Shown here: piece after piece, positions 9,480 to 20,125 of the stretch | Layout of the letters: the number at the start of each line of letters is the position of its first letter | Position numbering within the stretch: the stretch's first letter is position 1 | DNA from: Candidatus Poribacteria bacterium | GTDB taxonomy: Bacteria > Poribacteria > WGA-4E > WGA-3G | DNA length: 64,000 bases | Direction of reading: 5' to 3' | Assembly: GCA_965215265.1 (NCBI GenBank) | Contig: OZ244048.1 | Coordinates: 1,183,121 to 1,247,120, forward strand | Translations under genes and position numbers: made by a program | Notes under the pieces: model-generated | Told to the model about the DNA's origin: nothing | What the model saw: only the letters and a program-made list of their open reading frames with translations | The model's database searches: none

Positions 9480-12179
9480 ATGAAATACCTGTTTGAAAAT
9501 TTACGCGACGATACACAAAAGTGGCGCAGCACCGGATACCCGTGTACAGATTACCCACTCATCGCGGAAATCCTACGTTGGCAATTTGAAGGTGAACCGC
9601 AAGAGCAAATCGCCCTCAAATACCTCCGAGAACCGCAATTCCAAGCACTAGAAATCTATTGGTTCCTCAGATTGGTGCGAAAGACACCGCATATTGTCGA
9701 TCTTTACAAGCACTATTACAGCGACGATAAACGCGACTTCTTTAAAGCGTTCGGGATTCCAATCGATCCAACCGAGCTCCAATGGATTCCTAATGTTGAC
9801 ACTGTCATTGACCGGGTAAGAACTGACCCTGAATTCGTTAAACAGAAGCGAATCGAGCCCGTTCATGAGGCTGTGACGCTCCCATACCCTAGCTATATCT
9901 TCGCGCTCGCGATGGGCACCGGCAAGACGGTACTCATCGCCACTATTATTGCCACCGAATTCGCCATGGCACTTCGATATCCTGAAGGTAGCTTTATGAA
10001 AAATGCACTCGTCTTTGCACCCGGTACAACCATCATAGAGAGTTTACGCGAGATTAGCGCAGTTCCTTTCGAGAAAATCCTGCCCGCAAGCCTACACCGT
10101 GACTTCCTCGCGAATCTCAAGATGACCTATCCACAGACCGGCGCAAAAGAAATTCAAGTCCAACAAGGCAGCACTTACAATGTCATCGTCACGAATACCG
10201 AGAAAATTAGCCTCAGGGCGAACCTGACGCGACGCACGAATCAGACAGAAATGGAGTTCGAGGAAAAAGAGAAAAAAGCGAAATTAGAGGCAAACCTCCG
10301 ACTGCAAAAAATCGCAAGCCTACCCAATTTAGGGGTTTTTTCCGACGAAGCACACCATACTTACGGCAATAGAATGGATAAAGAACTCAAGCGAGTCCGT
10401 GAAACCGTCAACTACATCAATGAGGAAACGCGCCTCATCGCGGTTGTCAACACCACCGGTACGCCTTACTACAAACGGCAGATGCTCCGCGAAGTTGTCG
10501 CGTGGTACAGCCTCGGTGAAGGTATTGAGGATAATATCCTAAAAAGCCTCAATAACGGGATTATCCATTACGACATTGGTGAACGTTCTGATGAAGATGT
10601 AATCCGAGATGTGATTGTTGAATTTTTCAAGAACTACGATGGCGTTACGCTGTCCAACGGTGCAAAAGCGAAAATCGCTTTCTACTTCAAAACGCAAGAC
10701 CATCTCGGTACCTCACGTCTCCACATTGAAAGAACATTGGCTGAACTCGGCAAGAGCCCAACTCTGATACTTGTTAATACGCAGCGTTCAACTCAAACCG
10801 AGATTGACGAATTCAACCGACTTAACGATCCGGATAGTCAGAAGCGCATCCTACTCCTCATCGGTAAAGGTGTAGAAGGCTGGAATTGCCCGAGTCTATT
10901 TGCCTGTGCCTTAATTAAGGAACAGACAACAAGCAGCAACTTTGTCTTGCAAGCCTCAACGCGATGCCTCCGTCAAGTGCCCGGAAATACGCAGCCCGCC
11001 AAAATCTTTTTGGATACGAAGAACCGAAGCATTTTAGACAAGGAATTGCAGGACAACTTCGGAACTACCTTGCAAAATCTCGGTGGACACACCGCAGCTA
11101 CAGAAGAAATTGAGCTCCGTATTCGCAAGCCAGAACTACCGGAACTGCAAATCTCACGGCTAATTTCTCGTGTTGTTCGGAAGGAACAGACCTCCGGCCC
11201 CTTGCAGTTGACAATTCCGGCTGAAGGAGTAGATGTCCCACCTATTCACCGGGCGACGCTAACACCGAATTTCACAAGCAGGACATCCCGACTCATAGGT
11301 AGAACGGAAATTGACGAGATTCCTTTGATGAACAGATCCACGGATTGCTATACGCTCTCGCGGCGCATCGCAGCAAATTATCACCTCCCTTATATGCAAA
11401 CGCTCAAAAGCCTCAAACTGCTCTATCCAGAAGGTGAGGTCCCCAATACGCACCTCCACCCGCTCTACCAACAAGTGGAAAACCAGTTGCAGAATTACGA
11501 CGTAATTAACGAAGAGGTAACCGAAACCCTGGCACTCATTCGTACCCTTGATAAGGAGGGTAAGCCTGTTTTTGACGAGGAAGAAGATGGATACTACATT
11601 CACCGCTTACGTTTGCTCAAACGCACCGTAGAGCGAATGAAAGAGGGCGGCCTGTTGTTTGAAGCAGGAAACCTATTGGACGAACACGATGTCACTTTCC
11701 ACTATGCACCCTACAACTTTGATACCGTGCCAGAACGCCGCTTTTTTGAGGAAATTCTGAACACGGTCAACGCATCCGGGGACGACATCGACATCTTTCT
11801 ATTTACCGGCGGATTAACGGATCCCAACAAAACGGATTTCCACTTTGAATACAAGGGTGTCGATGGCAATTATCACCGCTATTTTCCCGACTTTGTCATT
11901 GTCAAGAAAACCGGTGCAGTTTTCATCGTCGAAATTAAGGCTGAAAGCGAACGGAACGATGAAACCGTCCAAGCCAAAAGCAAAGCAGTCGAACGTTTGC
12001 CGAAGTTGCAAGCCGCCGGTAGCGAATTGAAGTCGGTTCCACCTTTCAAATATCACGTTGTTTATACCACGACGAATCGACTCCAAGAGAATCTCGACAC
12101 GATTAGACCCGTCATAAATTGGATTCGTCCGACTGAAGACTCAGAAACAGGAGGAGCTTATGAAAATTACGCCGGTTAA
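9480..12179 (+). CDS. res: Type III restriction enzyme Res subunit (helicase + PD-(D/E)XK nuclease)
   Basis: Walker A (AMGTGKT) and DEAH box (FSDEAHHTYG). The C-terminal YFPDFVIV...VFIVEIKAE is a PD-ExK motif. The gene overlaps the downstream mod start by 20 nt. Confidence 0.8.
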   Translation: MKYLFENLRDDTQKWRSTGYPCTDYPLIAEILRWQFEGEPQEQIALKYLREPQFQALEIYWFLRLVRKTPHIVDLYKHYYSDDKRDFFKAFGIPIDPTELQWIPNVDTVIDRVRTDPEFVKQKRIEPVHEAVTLPYPSYIFALAMGTGKTVLIATIIATEFAMALRYPEGSFMKNALVFAPGTTIIESLREISAVPFEKILPASLHRDFLANLKMTYPQTGAKEIQVQQGSTYNVIVTNTEKISLRANLTRRTNQTEMEFEEKEKKAKLEANLRLQKIASLPNLGVFSDEAHHTYGNRMDKELKRVRETVNYINEETRLIAVVNTTGTPYYKRQMLREVVAWYSLGEGIEDNILKSLNNGIIHYDIGERSDEDVIRDVIVEFFKNYDGVTLSNGAKAKIAFYFKTQDHLGTSRLHIERTLAELGKSPTLILVNTQRSTQTEIDEFNRLNDPDSQKRILLLIGKGVEGWNCPSLFACALIKEQTTSSNFVLQASTRCLRQVPGNTQPAKIFLDTKNRSILDKELQDNFGTTLQNLGGHTAATEEIELRIRKPELPELQISRLISRVVRKEQTSGPLQLTIPAEGVDVPPIHRATLTPNFTSRTSRLIGRTEIDEIPLMNRSTDCYTLSRRIAANYHLPYMQTLKSLKLLYPEGEVPNTHLHPLYQQVENQLQNYDVINEEVTETLALIRTLDKEGKPVFDEEEDGYYIHRLRLLKRTVERMKEGGLLFEAGNLLDEHDVTFHYAPYNFDTVPERRFFEEILNTVNASGDDIDIFLFTGGLTDPNKTDFHFEYKGVDGNYHRYFPDFVIVKKTGAVFIVEIKAESERNDETVQAKSKAVERLPKLQAAGSELKSVPPFKYHVVYTTTNRLQENLDTIRPVINWIRPTEDSETGGAYENYAG

Positions 12180-13925
12180 AGGGAGAGCGATGCTGCACTG
12201 GGTGGGCAAACGCCCCATCGGCACGGTGAGCAACTATCCCGCCCAATTGGTGGAAACTTGTAACGTTGAAAACCCAGAGAAAGAGCCGCTATATGATGGA
12301 TTTTTGGAGGGGCCGAACCTCGTTTTTCACGGCGACAACAAGGAGATCCTCTCCACCTTACTCGTCAACGGTTTCCGCAGTAAGATAGACCTCATCTACA
12401 TTGACCCGCCCTTTGCCAGCGGTGCAGACTACGTTCGAAAGGTAAAACTCCGCGGCATTAGCAGGTCAACCTTGGATGAAGGTGCTGGGAACCCAGGTGG
12501 GAGTAGGGGGGGGGTAAACCTGCTTCTTTAACAGGCGAAGGTCACTCCATTATTGAACAGACACAATACACCGACATCTGGGCGAATGATAATTATCTCC
12601 AGTTCATGTTTGAGCGGCTTATCTTAATGCGCGAACTGCTTTCGGATGCCGGCTCTATTTACCTGCACTGTGACCCAACGATGAGTCATTATCTGAAGTT
12701 GCTCATGGATGAAATTTTTAGTGGAATGTTTCGGAGAGAATTAATTTGGGCAATGCCGCGTCCTAGTGGATTTAAAACGCAAGCTCAGAATTGGATCCGA
12801 AATCATGATGTTATTCTCTATTACGCCACAGAAAATGCCATGTTTCATAAGCAATACGAACCTTATGAGGAGTCTTACCTCGCAAATTTCGATAAATCGG
12901 ACGAAAAAGGACGATATTGGCTGCGCAATGGGCAAAAGAGAAGATTAGGGAAAGGCTATACACTCGGAGATGTCTGGACTGACATCGACTCTATGCAAAC
13001 GCAATCCGTGAGTCTGAGTGAAGGGCTTGGCTACCCTACCCAGAAACCGGAGGCTCTAATAGCCCGCATCATCAAAGCGTCAAGCAATGAAGACTCCATC
13101 GTGCTTGATTGCTTCGTGGGCAGTGGCACCACCGCAGTCGTGGCTGAAAAACTCCGCAGACGCTGGATTGCCGCAGATCTGAACAGAGGCGCGATACAGA
13201 CGACAATGAAACGCATCCAGACAACCATTGCCGAACACCGCGGAATCGCTCACTATCGCATCAATAACTATCACTTTGGCAAAGAACAGGAACTCCATCG
13301 GCTTGTCATAGAAAAGTATGGTGTCGAAACGGACAAGAAAGACCGCTTCTTTGACGGCACCGTAGAGGGGACGCTTGTCAAAATCGTTGAGCTGACAAAA
13401 CCGCTCACCCGATTAGATATTCAACTTATCAAAGACGAACTTCAGCACCGCCCTGATGAGGCACGCGCTGTTACAGTCCTCTGCAACGGCAGCGAGTTGG
13501 GAATACAAGCCGAACTTGACGCAGAAAACAAGCGGCACCCGATTAATCAACTCATCGTGCGGGACATCCAACGCGACGGTGTCACTACCTTCGCCCCTGC
13601 TGAAGCAGAAGTTGACTTCAAAAGAGACGGGCAACACGTTACCATCACCCTCGTAGATTATATCAGTCCGAGCCTCTTAGGGCGTTTGGAGATAGCCCGC
13701 ACCCTCTTTGACGAACAAGTTGATGATTTCCGTGCGCAGATTGATTGCGTGCTGATAGATACGGACTACAACGGCACGCATTTCAGAATCGTTGAGAGTG
13801 ATGTGCCGGAGCAGAGAACCGATTTTATCAGGGGCCAATACACGGTAGTGCTGCCGCGCCGTGATGCCCGTGTTGCCGTCAAGATTATTGATATGCTTGG
13901 CGAGGAAACTCTCATCACAGAATAA
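12160..13925 (+). CDS. mod: Type III Mod DNA methyltransferase, allele 1 (frameshifted at a G9 tract, i.e. phase-OFF as sequenced)
   Basis: The N-terminal ORF (12160-12531) carries IYIDPPF (motif IV). The downstream ORF (12606-13925) carries FVGSGTT (motif I). The two frames are split at a homopolymeric G9 run. The order IV-TRD-I is typical of type III beta-class Mod. Confidence 0.75.
12506..12514 (+). repeat. Homopolymeric G9 tract inside mod allele 1
   Basis: Counted directly in the sequence: gagta-GGGGGGGGG-taaacc. 7 or 10 G would give an in-frame fusion of the two mod ORFs. Confidence 0.9.
13035..13925 (+). repeat. Conserved 3' module of mod (891 nt), directly repeated at 14839-15729
   Basis: Near-identical nucleotide sequence between the two mod alleles. 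A similar 5' module is repeated at about 12160-12615 and 13968-14415. Confidence 0.8.
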
Positions 13926-13967
13926 CATCAGAAAAAGGACCTGAAGCCCTATGCGAGAGGAGAACTC

Positions 13968-15729
13968 ATGAAAATTACGCCGGTTAAAGGGAGAGCAATG
14001 CTGCACTGGGTGGGCAAACGCCCCATCGGCACGGTGAGCAACTATCCCGCCCAATTGGTGGAAACTTATAACGTTGAAAACCCAGAGAAAGAGCCGCTAT
14101 ATGATGGATTTTTGGAGGGGCCGAACCTCGTTTTTCACGGCGACAACAAGGAGATCCTCTCCACCTTACTCGTCAACGGTTTCCGCAGTAAGATAGACCT
14201 CATCTACATTGACCCGCCCTTTGCCAGCGGTGCAGACTACGTTCGAAAGGTAAAACTCCGCGGCATTAGCAGGTCAACCTTGGATGAAGGTGCTGGGAAC
14301 CCAGGTGGGAGTAGGGGGGGGTAAACCTGCTTCTTTAACAGGCGAAGGCCCCTCCATTATTGAACAGACACAATACACCGACATCTGGGCGAATGATAAC
14401 TATCTCCAATTCATGTTTGAACGCCTGATCTTGATGCGAGAGCTGCTGAGTGAAAAAGGGAGCATCTACCTGCACTGCGACTGGCATAAGAGCCATCATC
14501 TCCGTATGCTCCTCGATGAAGTGTTCGGCGAACAGAACTTCGTCAATGAGATTGTCTGGAAATATAACTGGGCGAGCACAGTAAAAAAGAAGTTCTCCCA
14601 AAAACATGACACGATTTTCTGGTACGCCAAAAGTGCTGAAGAGTGGATTTTCAATTTAGACGAGATGCGGGAACTGTATACAGAAACACAATTGAAGGGC
14701 TATAAACAGGATGAAGATGGGTATTATACATTGGACTCTTCGGGGAAAAAATGGTACGCACATTCAAAAGGACAATTGCCCGCAGACCTGTTTGAAATTG
14801 GTATTATCAGCAGAAGCGCAAAAGAACGGCAAAAATTTCCTACCCAGAAACCGGAGGCTCTAATAGCCCGCATCATCAAAGCGTCAAGCAAGGAAGACTC
14901 CATCGTGCTTGATTGCTTCGTGGGAAGCGGCACCACCGCAGTCGTGGCTGAAAAACTCCGCAGACGCTGGATTGCCGCAGATCTGAACAGAGGGGCCATA
15001 CAGACGACAATGAAACGCATCCAGACAACTATTGCCGAACACCGCGGAATCGCTCACTATCGCATCAATAACTATCACTTTGGCAAAGAACAGGAACTCC
15101 ATCGGCTTGTCATAGAAAAGTATGGTGTCGAAACGGACAAGAAAGACCGCTTCTTTGACGGCACCGTAGACGGAACCCTCGTCAAAATCGTTGAGCTGAC
15201 GAAACCGCTCACCCGATTAGATATTCAACTTATCAAAGACGAACTGCAGCACCGCCCTGATGAGACGCGCTCGGTGACGGTGCTCTGCAACGGCAGCGAG
15301 CTGGGAATACAAGCTGAACTTGACGCAGAAAACAAGCGGCACCCGATTAATAAACTCATCGTGCGGGACATCCAACGCGACGGGGTTACAACCTTCGCCC
15401 CTGCCGAAGCAGAAGTTGCCTTCAAAAGAGATGGGCAACACGTCACCATTACCCTCGTAGATTATATCAGTCCGAGCCTCTTAGGGCGTTTGGAGATAGC
15501 CCGCACCCTCTTTGACGAACAAGTTGATGATTTCCGTGCGCAGATTGATTGCGTGCTGATAGATACGGACTACAACGGCACGCATTTCAGAATCGTTGAG
15601 AGTGATTTGCCGGAGAAGCAGAGCGATTTTATCAAAGGCCAATACACGGTAGTGCTGCCGCGCCGTGATGCCCGTGTTGCCGTCAAGATTATTGATATGC
15701 TTGGCGAGGAAACGGTAGTAACGGGATAA
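13968..15729 (+). CDS. mod: Type III Mod DNA methyltransferase, allele 2 (different central TRD; frameshifted at a G8 tract)
   Basis: The first 118 codons are near-identical to allele 1. The last ~890 nt (from PTQKPEALIARIIKAS onward) are near-identical to allele 1. The central ~385 nt are unrelated. ORFs 13968-14324 and 14284-15729 overlap at a G8 tract. Confidence 0.75.
14314..14321 (+). repeat. Homopolymeric G8 tract inside mod allele 2
   Basis: gagta-GGGGGGGG-taaacc. This is one G shorter than allele 1 and also out of frame. Confidence 0.9.
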
Positions 15730-15869
15730 ACACTCTCTTTCAGAATCTCCAGCTGCCGGACTTCCAACCGTGTGAACGATATCCCCATTGCACTGTCAAC
15801 AAATTTTTGTTGACAATAGCTGCAACCGTGTTATGGTACGTTTTAATTTAACAGAGGAGGAATTCTTTC

Positions 15870-16259
15870 ATGAAACTGATTAAGTTTTTGGCATTGACGT
15901 TATTCTTGTCTGCTTTCAGTCTGCTTTGGACTGGCGTAACCTCAGCATTAGATGAATGGGTTTTTGTTGACATTGAATCTTACTCTAACACGAAACTGGT
16001 CGAGCACGAGTGGTGGACGTTGAATCCGGGCGACAGCACGCTGTCCCGCTTGCCTATTGGTGAGATTGGTGAATTTGAAGGACCTGACAAAAAAGTGGAG
16101 TTCCAGATTATAGACGGTGCCATCGTCCTGTTCGGTACCAATGCTGTGAAGTGGCCGAAGGCGGTTGAAGACATTGCTGTTGAAGGTAAGGCGACATTCA
16201 TCTATTTTCTTACGCAACCGGTTGGGAACAGAACGGGGTGCCGAGTTACAAATTTGTGA
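15870..16259 (+). CDS. Hypothetical small secreted protein
   Basis: Signal peptide MKLIKFLALTLFLSAFSLLW. Overlaps the next ORF (16238-16594) in another frame near a GGGG run, so a frameshift is possible. Confidence 0.3.
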   Translation: MKLIKFLALTLFLSAFSLLWTGVTSALDEWVFVDIESYSNTKLVEHEWWTLNPGDSTLSRLPIGEIGEFEGPDKKVEFQIIDGAIVLFGTNAVKWPKAVEDIAVEGKATFIYFLTQPVGNRTGCRVTNL

Positions 16260-16594
16260 TGAACTATCAAAATGGCAAGAAGGAAGAATTTGAAATGATT
16301 TCCGGGCATAACTCAGATGATTGGTTCCACGATGGTACACCGCTTGCCGATGATAACTCTGTGTGGGGATGGATTCTGAAAGAAGGAGGTCCTTGTGGGC
16401 ATGCAGGGTTGGTGAATACCAAATGGGAAAATCCGCATCCAGAGGTCTGGATTGATACAATAGATGCAATCTCTTTAGAGTTGGGCTCAGTGCCGATTAT
16501 CCCCGCCATTACATTGGGCGAAGCGACGCTTGCAGTCGAACCTATGTCGAAATTGACAGTGAGATGGGGCAGTCTAAAAGACTCTCGTGATTAA
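16238..16594 (+). CDS. Hypothetical protein (possibly the 3' part of the preceding gene)
   Basis: 118-aa ORF overlapping the 3' end of 15870-16259. Confidence 0.25.
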   Translation: MPSYKFVMNYQNGKKEEFEMISGHNSDDWFHDGTPLADDNSVWGWILKEGGPCGHAGLVNTKWENPHPEVWIDTIDAISLELGSVPIIPAITLGEATLAVEPMSKLTVRWGSLKDSRD

Positions 16595-16691
16595 GATTGA
16601 CTTTCTGCTCTATGCATGCTATAATTAAGCATATTACCAAAAACAATTAGGTGCGATCTCCCGATCGCGATGCTTCTATAGGAGGAATGTA

Positions 16692-18326
16692 ATGCCAGCA
16701 AAGCAGATTATCTTTGACGAAGAGGCGAGGGTCTCTCTCAAGCGCGGGGCAGACACACTCGCCAATGCCGTCAAGGTTACACTCGGCCCACAGGGGAAAA
16801 ACGTGGTGATTCAAAAATCTTTCGGTGCACCGCTGGTAACCTGTGACGGCGTGACCGTGGCAAAAGAAATTGAACTCGAAGACCCCTACGAAAATATGGG
16901 TGCCCAGCTGCTGGAATCCATCGCAACTAAAACAAACGATATCGCCGGCGACGGCACCACCACCGCCACTCTGTTAGGACAAGAAATCCTTCATGAAGGG
17001 CTCAAGAACGTTACCGCCGGCGCAGATCCGATGCAGTTGAAAATCGGCATTGATAAAGCAGTCATCGCAGCCGTTGAGGCTATTAGCACGCAAAGCCGAG
17101 AAGTCAGAAGCCATGAGGAAATCTTGCAGGTTGCTTCCATCGCCGCAAACGACCCGGCAAACGCCAGCGATATTGGGACTATCATCGCAGAAGCAATAGA
17201 AAGAGTTGGAAATGACGGAGCAATCACGATTGAAGAAGGGAAAACTTCTGAGACGACTGTTGATATCGTTGAAGGAATGCAGTTTGACCGCGGTTTCTTA
17301 TCTGCCAATTTCGTCACAGATCCGCAATCACAAGTCGTTGAATTTGAGAACCCTTTCATTCTCATTAATACTGAGAAAATTTCAAATGTGACAGACCTCG
17401 TTCCGATTATGGAAAAAGTCATGCAGCTCGGGCGGCCCTTGCTGATTATCGCCGAGGATGTTGAAGGCGAAGCATTATCCACATTAGTAGTGAACAAACT
17501 CCGTGGCACGCTTCAGGTTGCTGCTGTCAAGGCACCGGGCTTCGGTGACCGGCGCAAAGAAATGCTTGAGGACATTGCAACATTAGCCGGGGGCCAGGTC
17601 ATCGCCGCAGACACCGGAATCCGATTAGAAAACATCGTCGTCGGTATGTTAGGCACGGCACGACGGGTTGTGATTGACAAGGACAATACCACGATTGTCG
17701 GCGGCAGCGGAGCCAAGGACGACGTTGAGGGGAGAGTCACCCAGATTCGGACCCAGATTGAAGAGACTACCTCCGATTATGACCGGGAAAAATTGGAAGA
17801 ACGGCTCGCGAAACTTGCTGGTGGTGTTGCTGTTATCGACGTGGGGGCTGCAACCGAAGTCGAAATGAAGGAGAAAAAGGCACGGTTTGAAGATGCACTC
17901 GCAGCAACGCGCGCCGCAATTGAGGAAGGCATCGTTCCGGGCGGCGGGGTTGCACTCCTACGGGCCGCAAACGGACTTGATACACTCCAATTAGATGGAG
18001 ACCAAGCCACCGGGCTCAACATTGTCAAACGGGGCTTGCTTTCTCCTATCCGAGCTATCGCTGAAAACGCAGGAGAAGAAGGTTCTATTGTCGTTGCCAA
18101 AGTCCAAGAGGGAGAAGGCAATTACGGATTCAACGCCGCGACTGCGCAGTACAGTGATATGATTGAAGACGGAATTGTAGACCCCACAAAGGTTGTACGC
18201 TCTGCCCTGCAGAATGCATCCAGCATTGCCGGATTGCTGTTGACAACGGAAAGCTTGATCACTGAGATTGAGGAACCGCCTGAAGCCGCACCCGCAGCTG
18301 ATCCGCATGCCGGTCACTTCCACTAA
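16692..18326 (+). CDS. groEL: Chaperonin GroEL (60 kDa)
   Basis: Strong full-length similarity to GroEL ([11 protein letters not shown]...[10 protein letters not shown]...). No groES upstream. Confidence 0.95.
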   Translation: MPAKQIIFDEEARVSLKRGADTLANAVKVTLGPQGKNVVIQKSFGAPLVTCDGVTVAKEIELEDPYENMGAQLLESIATKTNDIAGDGTTTATLLGQEILHEGLKNVTAGADPMQLKIGIDKAVIAAVEAISTQSREVRSHEEILQVASIAANDPANASDIGTIIAEAIERVGNDGAITIEEGKTSETTVDIVEGMQFDRGFLSANFVTDPQSQVVEFENPFILINTEKISNVTDLVPIMEKVMQLGRPLLIIAEDVEGEALSTLVVNKLRGTLQVAAVKAPGFGDRRKEMLEDIATLAGGQVIAADTGIRLENIVVGMLGTARRVVIDKDNTTIVGGSGAKDDVEGRVTQIRTQIEETTSDYDREKLEERLAKLAGGVAVIDVGAATEVEMKEKKARFEDALAATRAAIEEGIVPGGGVALLRAANGLDTLQLDGDQATGLNIVKRGLLSPIRAIAENAGEEGSIVVAKVQEGEGNYGFNAATAQYSDMIEDGIVDPTKVVRSALQNASSIAGLLLTTESLITEIEEPPEAAPAADPHAGHFH

Positions 18327-18338
18327 AACTTTTATTCA

Positions 18339-18366
18339 TGTCCGGGCGGGTCTTCTGGCCCGCCCA
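18339..18366. terminator. GC-rich hairpin between convergent genes (putative bidirectional terminator)
   Basis: gggcggg-tcttctgg-cccgccc stem-loop lying between the groEL stop and the stop of the minus-strand gene. Confidence 0.35.
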
Positions 18367-18382
18367 CCTTGGCAATTTAGAA

Positions 18383-18931
18383 CTACCGGATGTCATAACG
18401 CGGCTCCAGCCCACTATCCCAATCACAGTCGAGACAAAACATCTCTGCCGGGGCAAAATAATGAATGTTTTTGCTTCGACACTCGGGGCAAATTTCCACC
18501 GGCTTTTCCATTTTATCTCCTTCTTCCTGAATATTGATATGATACACTTTGATCTGCCCAGGATAACGGTGCCCCATCGGACAACGAATAAGGGGGCGAC
18601 TATCGTTCTCAAAACGTTCAATCCGCTCCCGAAGGAACGTGAGCTGCTGGTAGCAGATCGGACACAAGTTTGGGACCAACTCCTTCACGATGAGCAGATC
18701 TGTATTCTCAGCACGAATAGAAACGGCCACAGCGAAGTGATACTCAAGCTGCAATCGGTAAGTACTTTTCACCTGGCTTGATTTTACGGCTGGGTTTATC
18801 AATTCTGAGATAAGTTTTTCGTAACTTCCCGGGCTCAAGACTAACTCTGTCGGAATGAGGCTACCACCTCTTAAACTAGAGAGAAGTTGATAGATACGTT
18901 CTAAAATTGCCGGTCCCTCCTGAGCGTTCAA
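18383..18931 (-). CDS. Hypothetical protein with zinc-ribbon Cys pairs
   Basis: 182 aa with CPIC, CPMGH, CPEC and CLDC motifs. Confidence 0.4.
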   Translation of the reverse strand: MNAQEGPAILERIYQLLSSLRGGSLIPTELVLSPGSYEKLISELINPAVKSSQVKSTYRLQLEYHFAVAVSIRAENTDLLIVKELVPNLCPICYQQLTFLRERIERFENDSRPLIRCPMGHRYPGQIKVYHINIQEEGDKMEKPVEICPECRSKNIHYFAPAEMFCLDCDWDSGLEPRYDIR

Positions 18932-18979
18932 AAGCGATTTATAGACAAAACGCGTCTACCCGGCTTGACGAGATAGATA

Positions 18980-19354
18980 CTATACAGTCCTGTCATCAGG
19001 TGGTTTAGAGACAAGTGAGCGTTCAGAGGGTTGGGCTAATGGAGACTTTCCAAGTTGCGGACGATACACTTCTGCCGGCTGATTGCGCAGAATAATCAGG
19101 TCATCGCCATCGCGCTCAATGATATCGTCCGGCATTAACGTGGTTTCAAATTTCCTCATGCTGGTCATAAAATTAATAGTAATGCGCGCGGCTTCACTCA
19201 TCCGGATACGCCAGCCCCCTTCCGTTTTGACACGAGTAAACCGCTTCCCGATATCAATAGACTGCATCTGAGCAGCATTGATGATAACACCACTTTCCGC
19301 CTCCACCATAAATGTTGTTTCTGTTGTATTACTTTTGCCGTTTTCTTCAACCAT
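18980..19354 (-). CDS. Hypothetical protein
   Basis: 124-aa ORF in an operon-like arrangement with 18383-18931. Confidence 0.3.
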   Translation of the reverse strand: MVEENGKSNTTETTFMVEAESGVIINAAQMQSIDIGKRFTRVKTEGGWRIRMSEAARITINFMTSMRKFETTLMPDDIIERDGDDLIILRNQPAEVYRPQLGKSPLAQPSERSLVSKPPDDRTV

Positions 19355-19578
19355 CTTATACTCCGTAGATATTACCGCAATATCGGAACCGTTGACGGGT
19401 CCGGTGATGTGAAAAATAGAATGTAAAATTTATTAAATTTTATCATAGCGGGGAACGCATTGTCAACCTATTTTTTTTATTGGAATTGAAAAAATGGATA
19501 ACCTCTGATAAAATAGATTGTATTGAAAGAATAGGCTGCTCATGTTGACTGTCCAGTCGTAAAAAAGGAGAAACATAG

Positions 19579-20125
19579 TGAAATCTATAGTTGTAGTTAC
19601 GATGCTCTTTCTGCTCACCTTCTCTGCCTGCGGAACTACCTTCTTGCAAACTTTTGACGATCGGAACCTTAAAAATTTGCAGGAACTAAACCAACATAAC
19701 GTCTCGGGGTTTTGGAAGACTATCAATGGTGAACTCAAGGCGATAAGTTGTTAAGAGGTACCCCATCTAATTACCATTGGGGATGAGACGTGTCAAAATT
19801 ACAACACTGAAATAGATGTCAAGCCGCTTAAAAAACATGGTCTTGGAAATATTGCAATTGCCGTGCAGATTCAAGGTGCCTGGTTGGTTTACTGCACAAT
19901 TGATGATTTGCCTTTTCGCAGAGAAGCAGCTAGCGCTGCGGAGCTCGCAGGCAATTTTTATGATCATAGCTCGGTTATCTTCCATTTTGAAACGAGCCTA
20001 TTTTTGAGATTAAACGAATAGTCAACTCTAAAGTTAGGTTTTCAGGATCATATCATTAGTTTTTGGATTAACGGTGAGCAAGTTTTCAAAACGCTAGACA
20101 TTCCGGGGGCTAAGGAAAAATCAGA
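19579..20125 (+). pseudogene. Degenerate DUF1080 (LamG-like / 3-keto-disaccharide hydrolase family) gene fragment
   Basis: A signal peptide ORF (VKSIVVVTMLFLLTFSAC...FWKTINGELKA) is followed by two further frames with DUF1080-like motifs (GNIAIAVQ; FWINGEQVF). These are interrupted by stops and frameshifts. Confidence 0.3.

Noticed and set aside
16238-16594. GroES candidate upstream of groEL
   Set aside because: The 118-aa ORF does not resemble GroES (no MNIKPL...GDRVLV pattern), so groEL appears to lack a co-chaperonin partner in this window.
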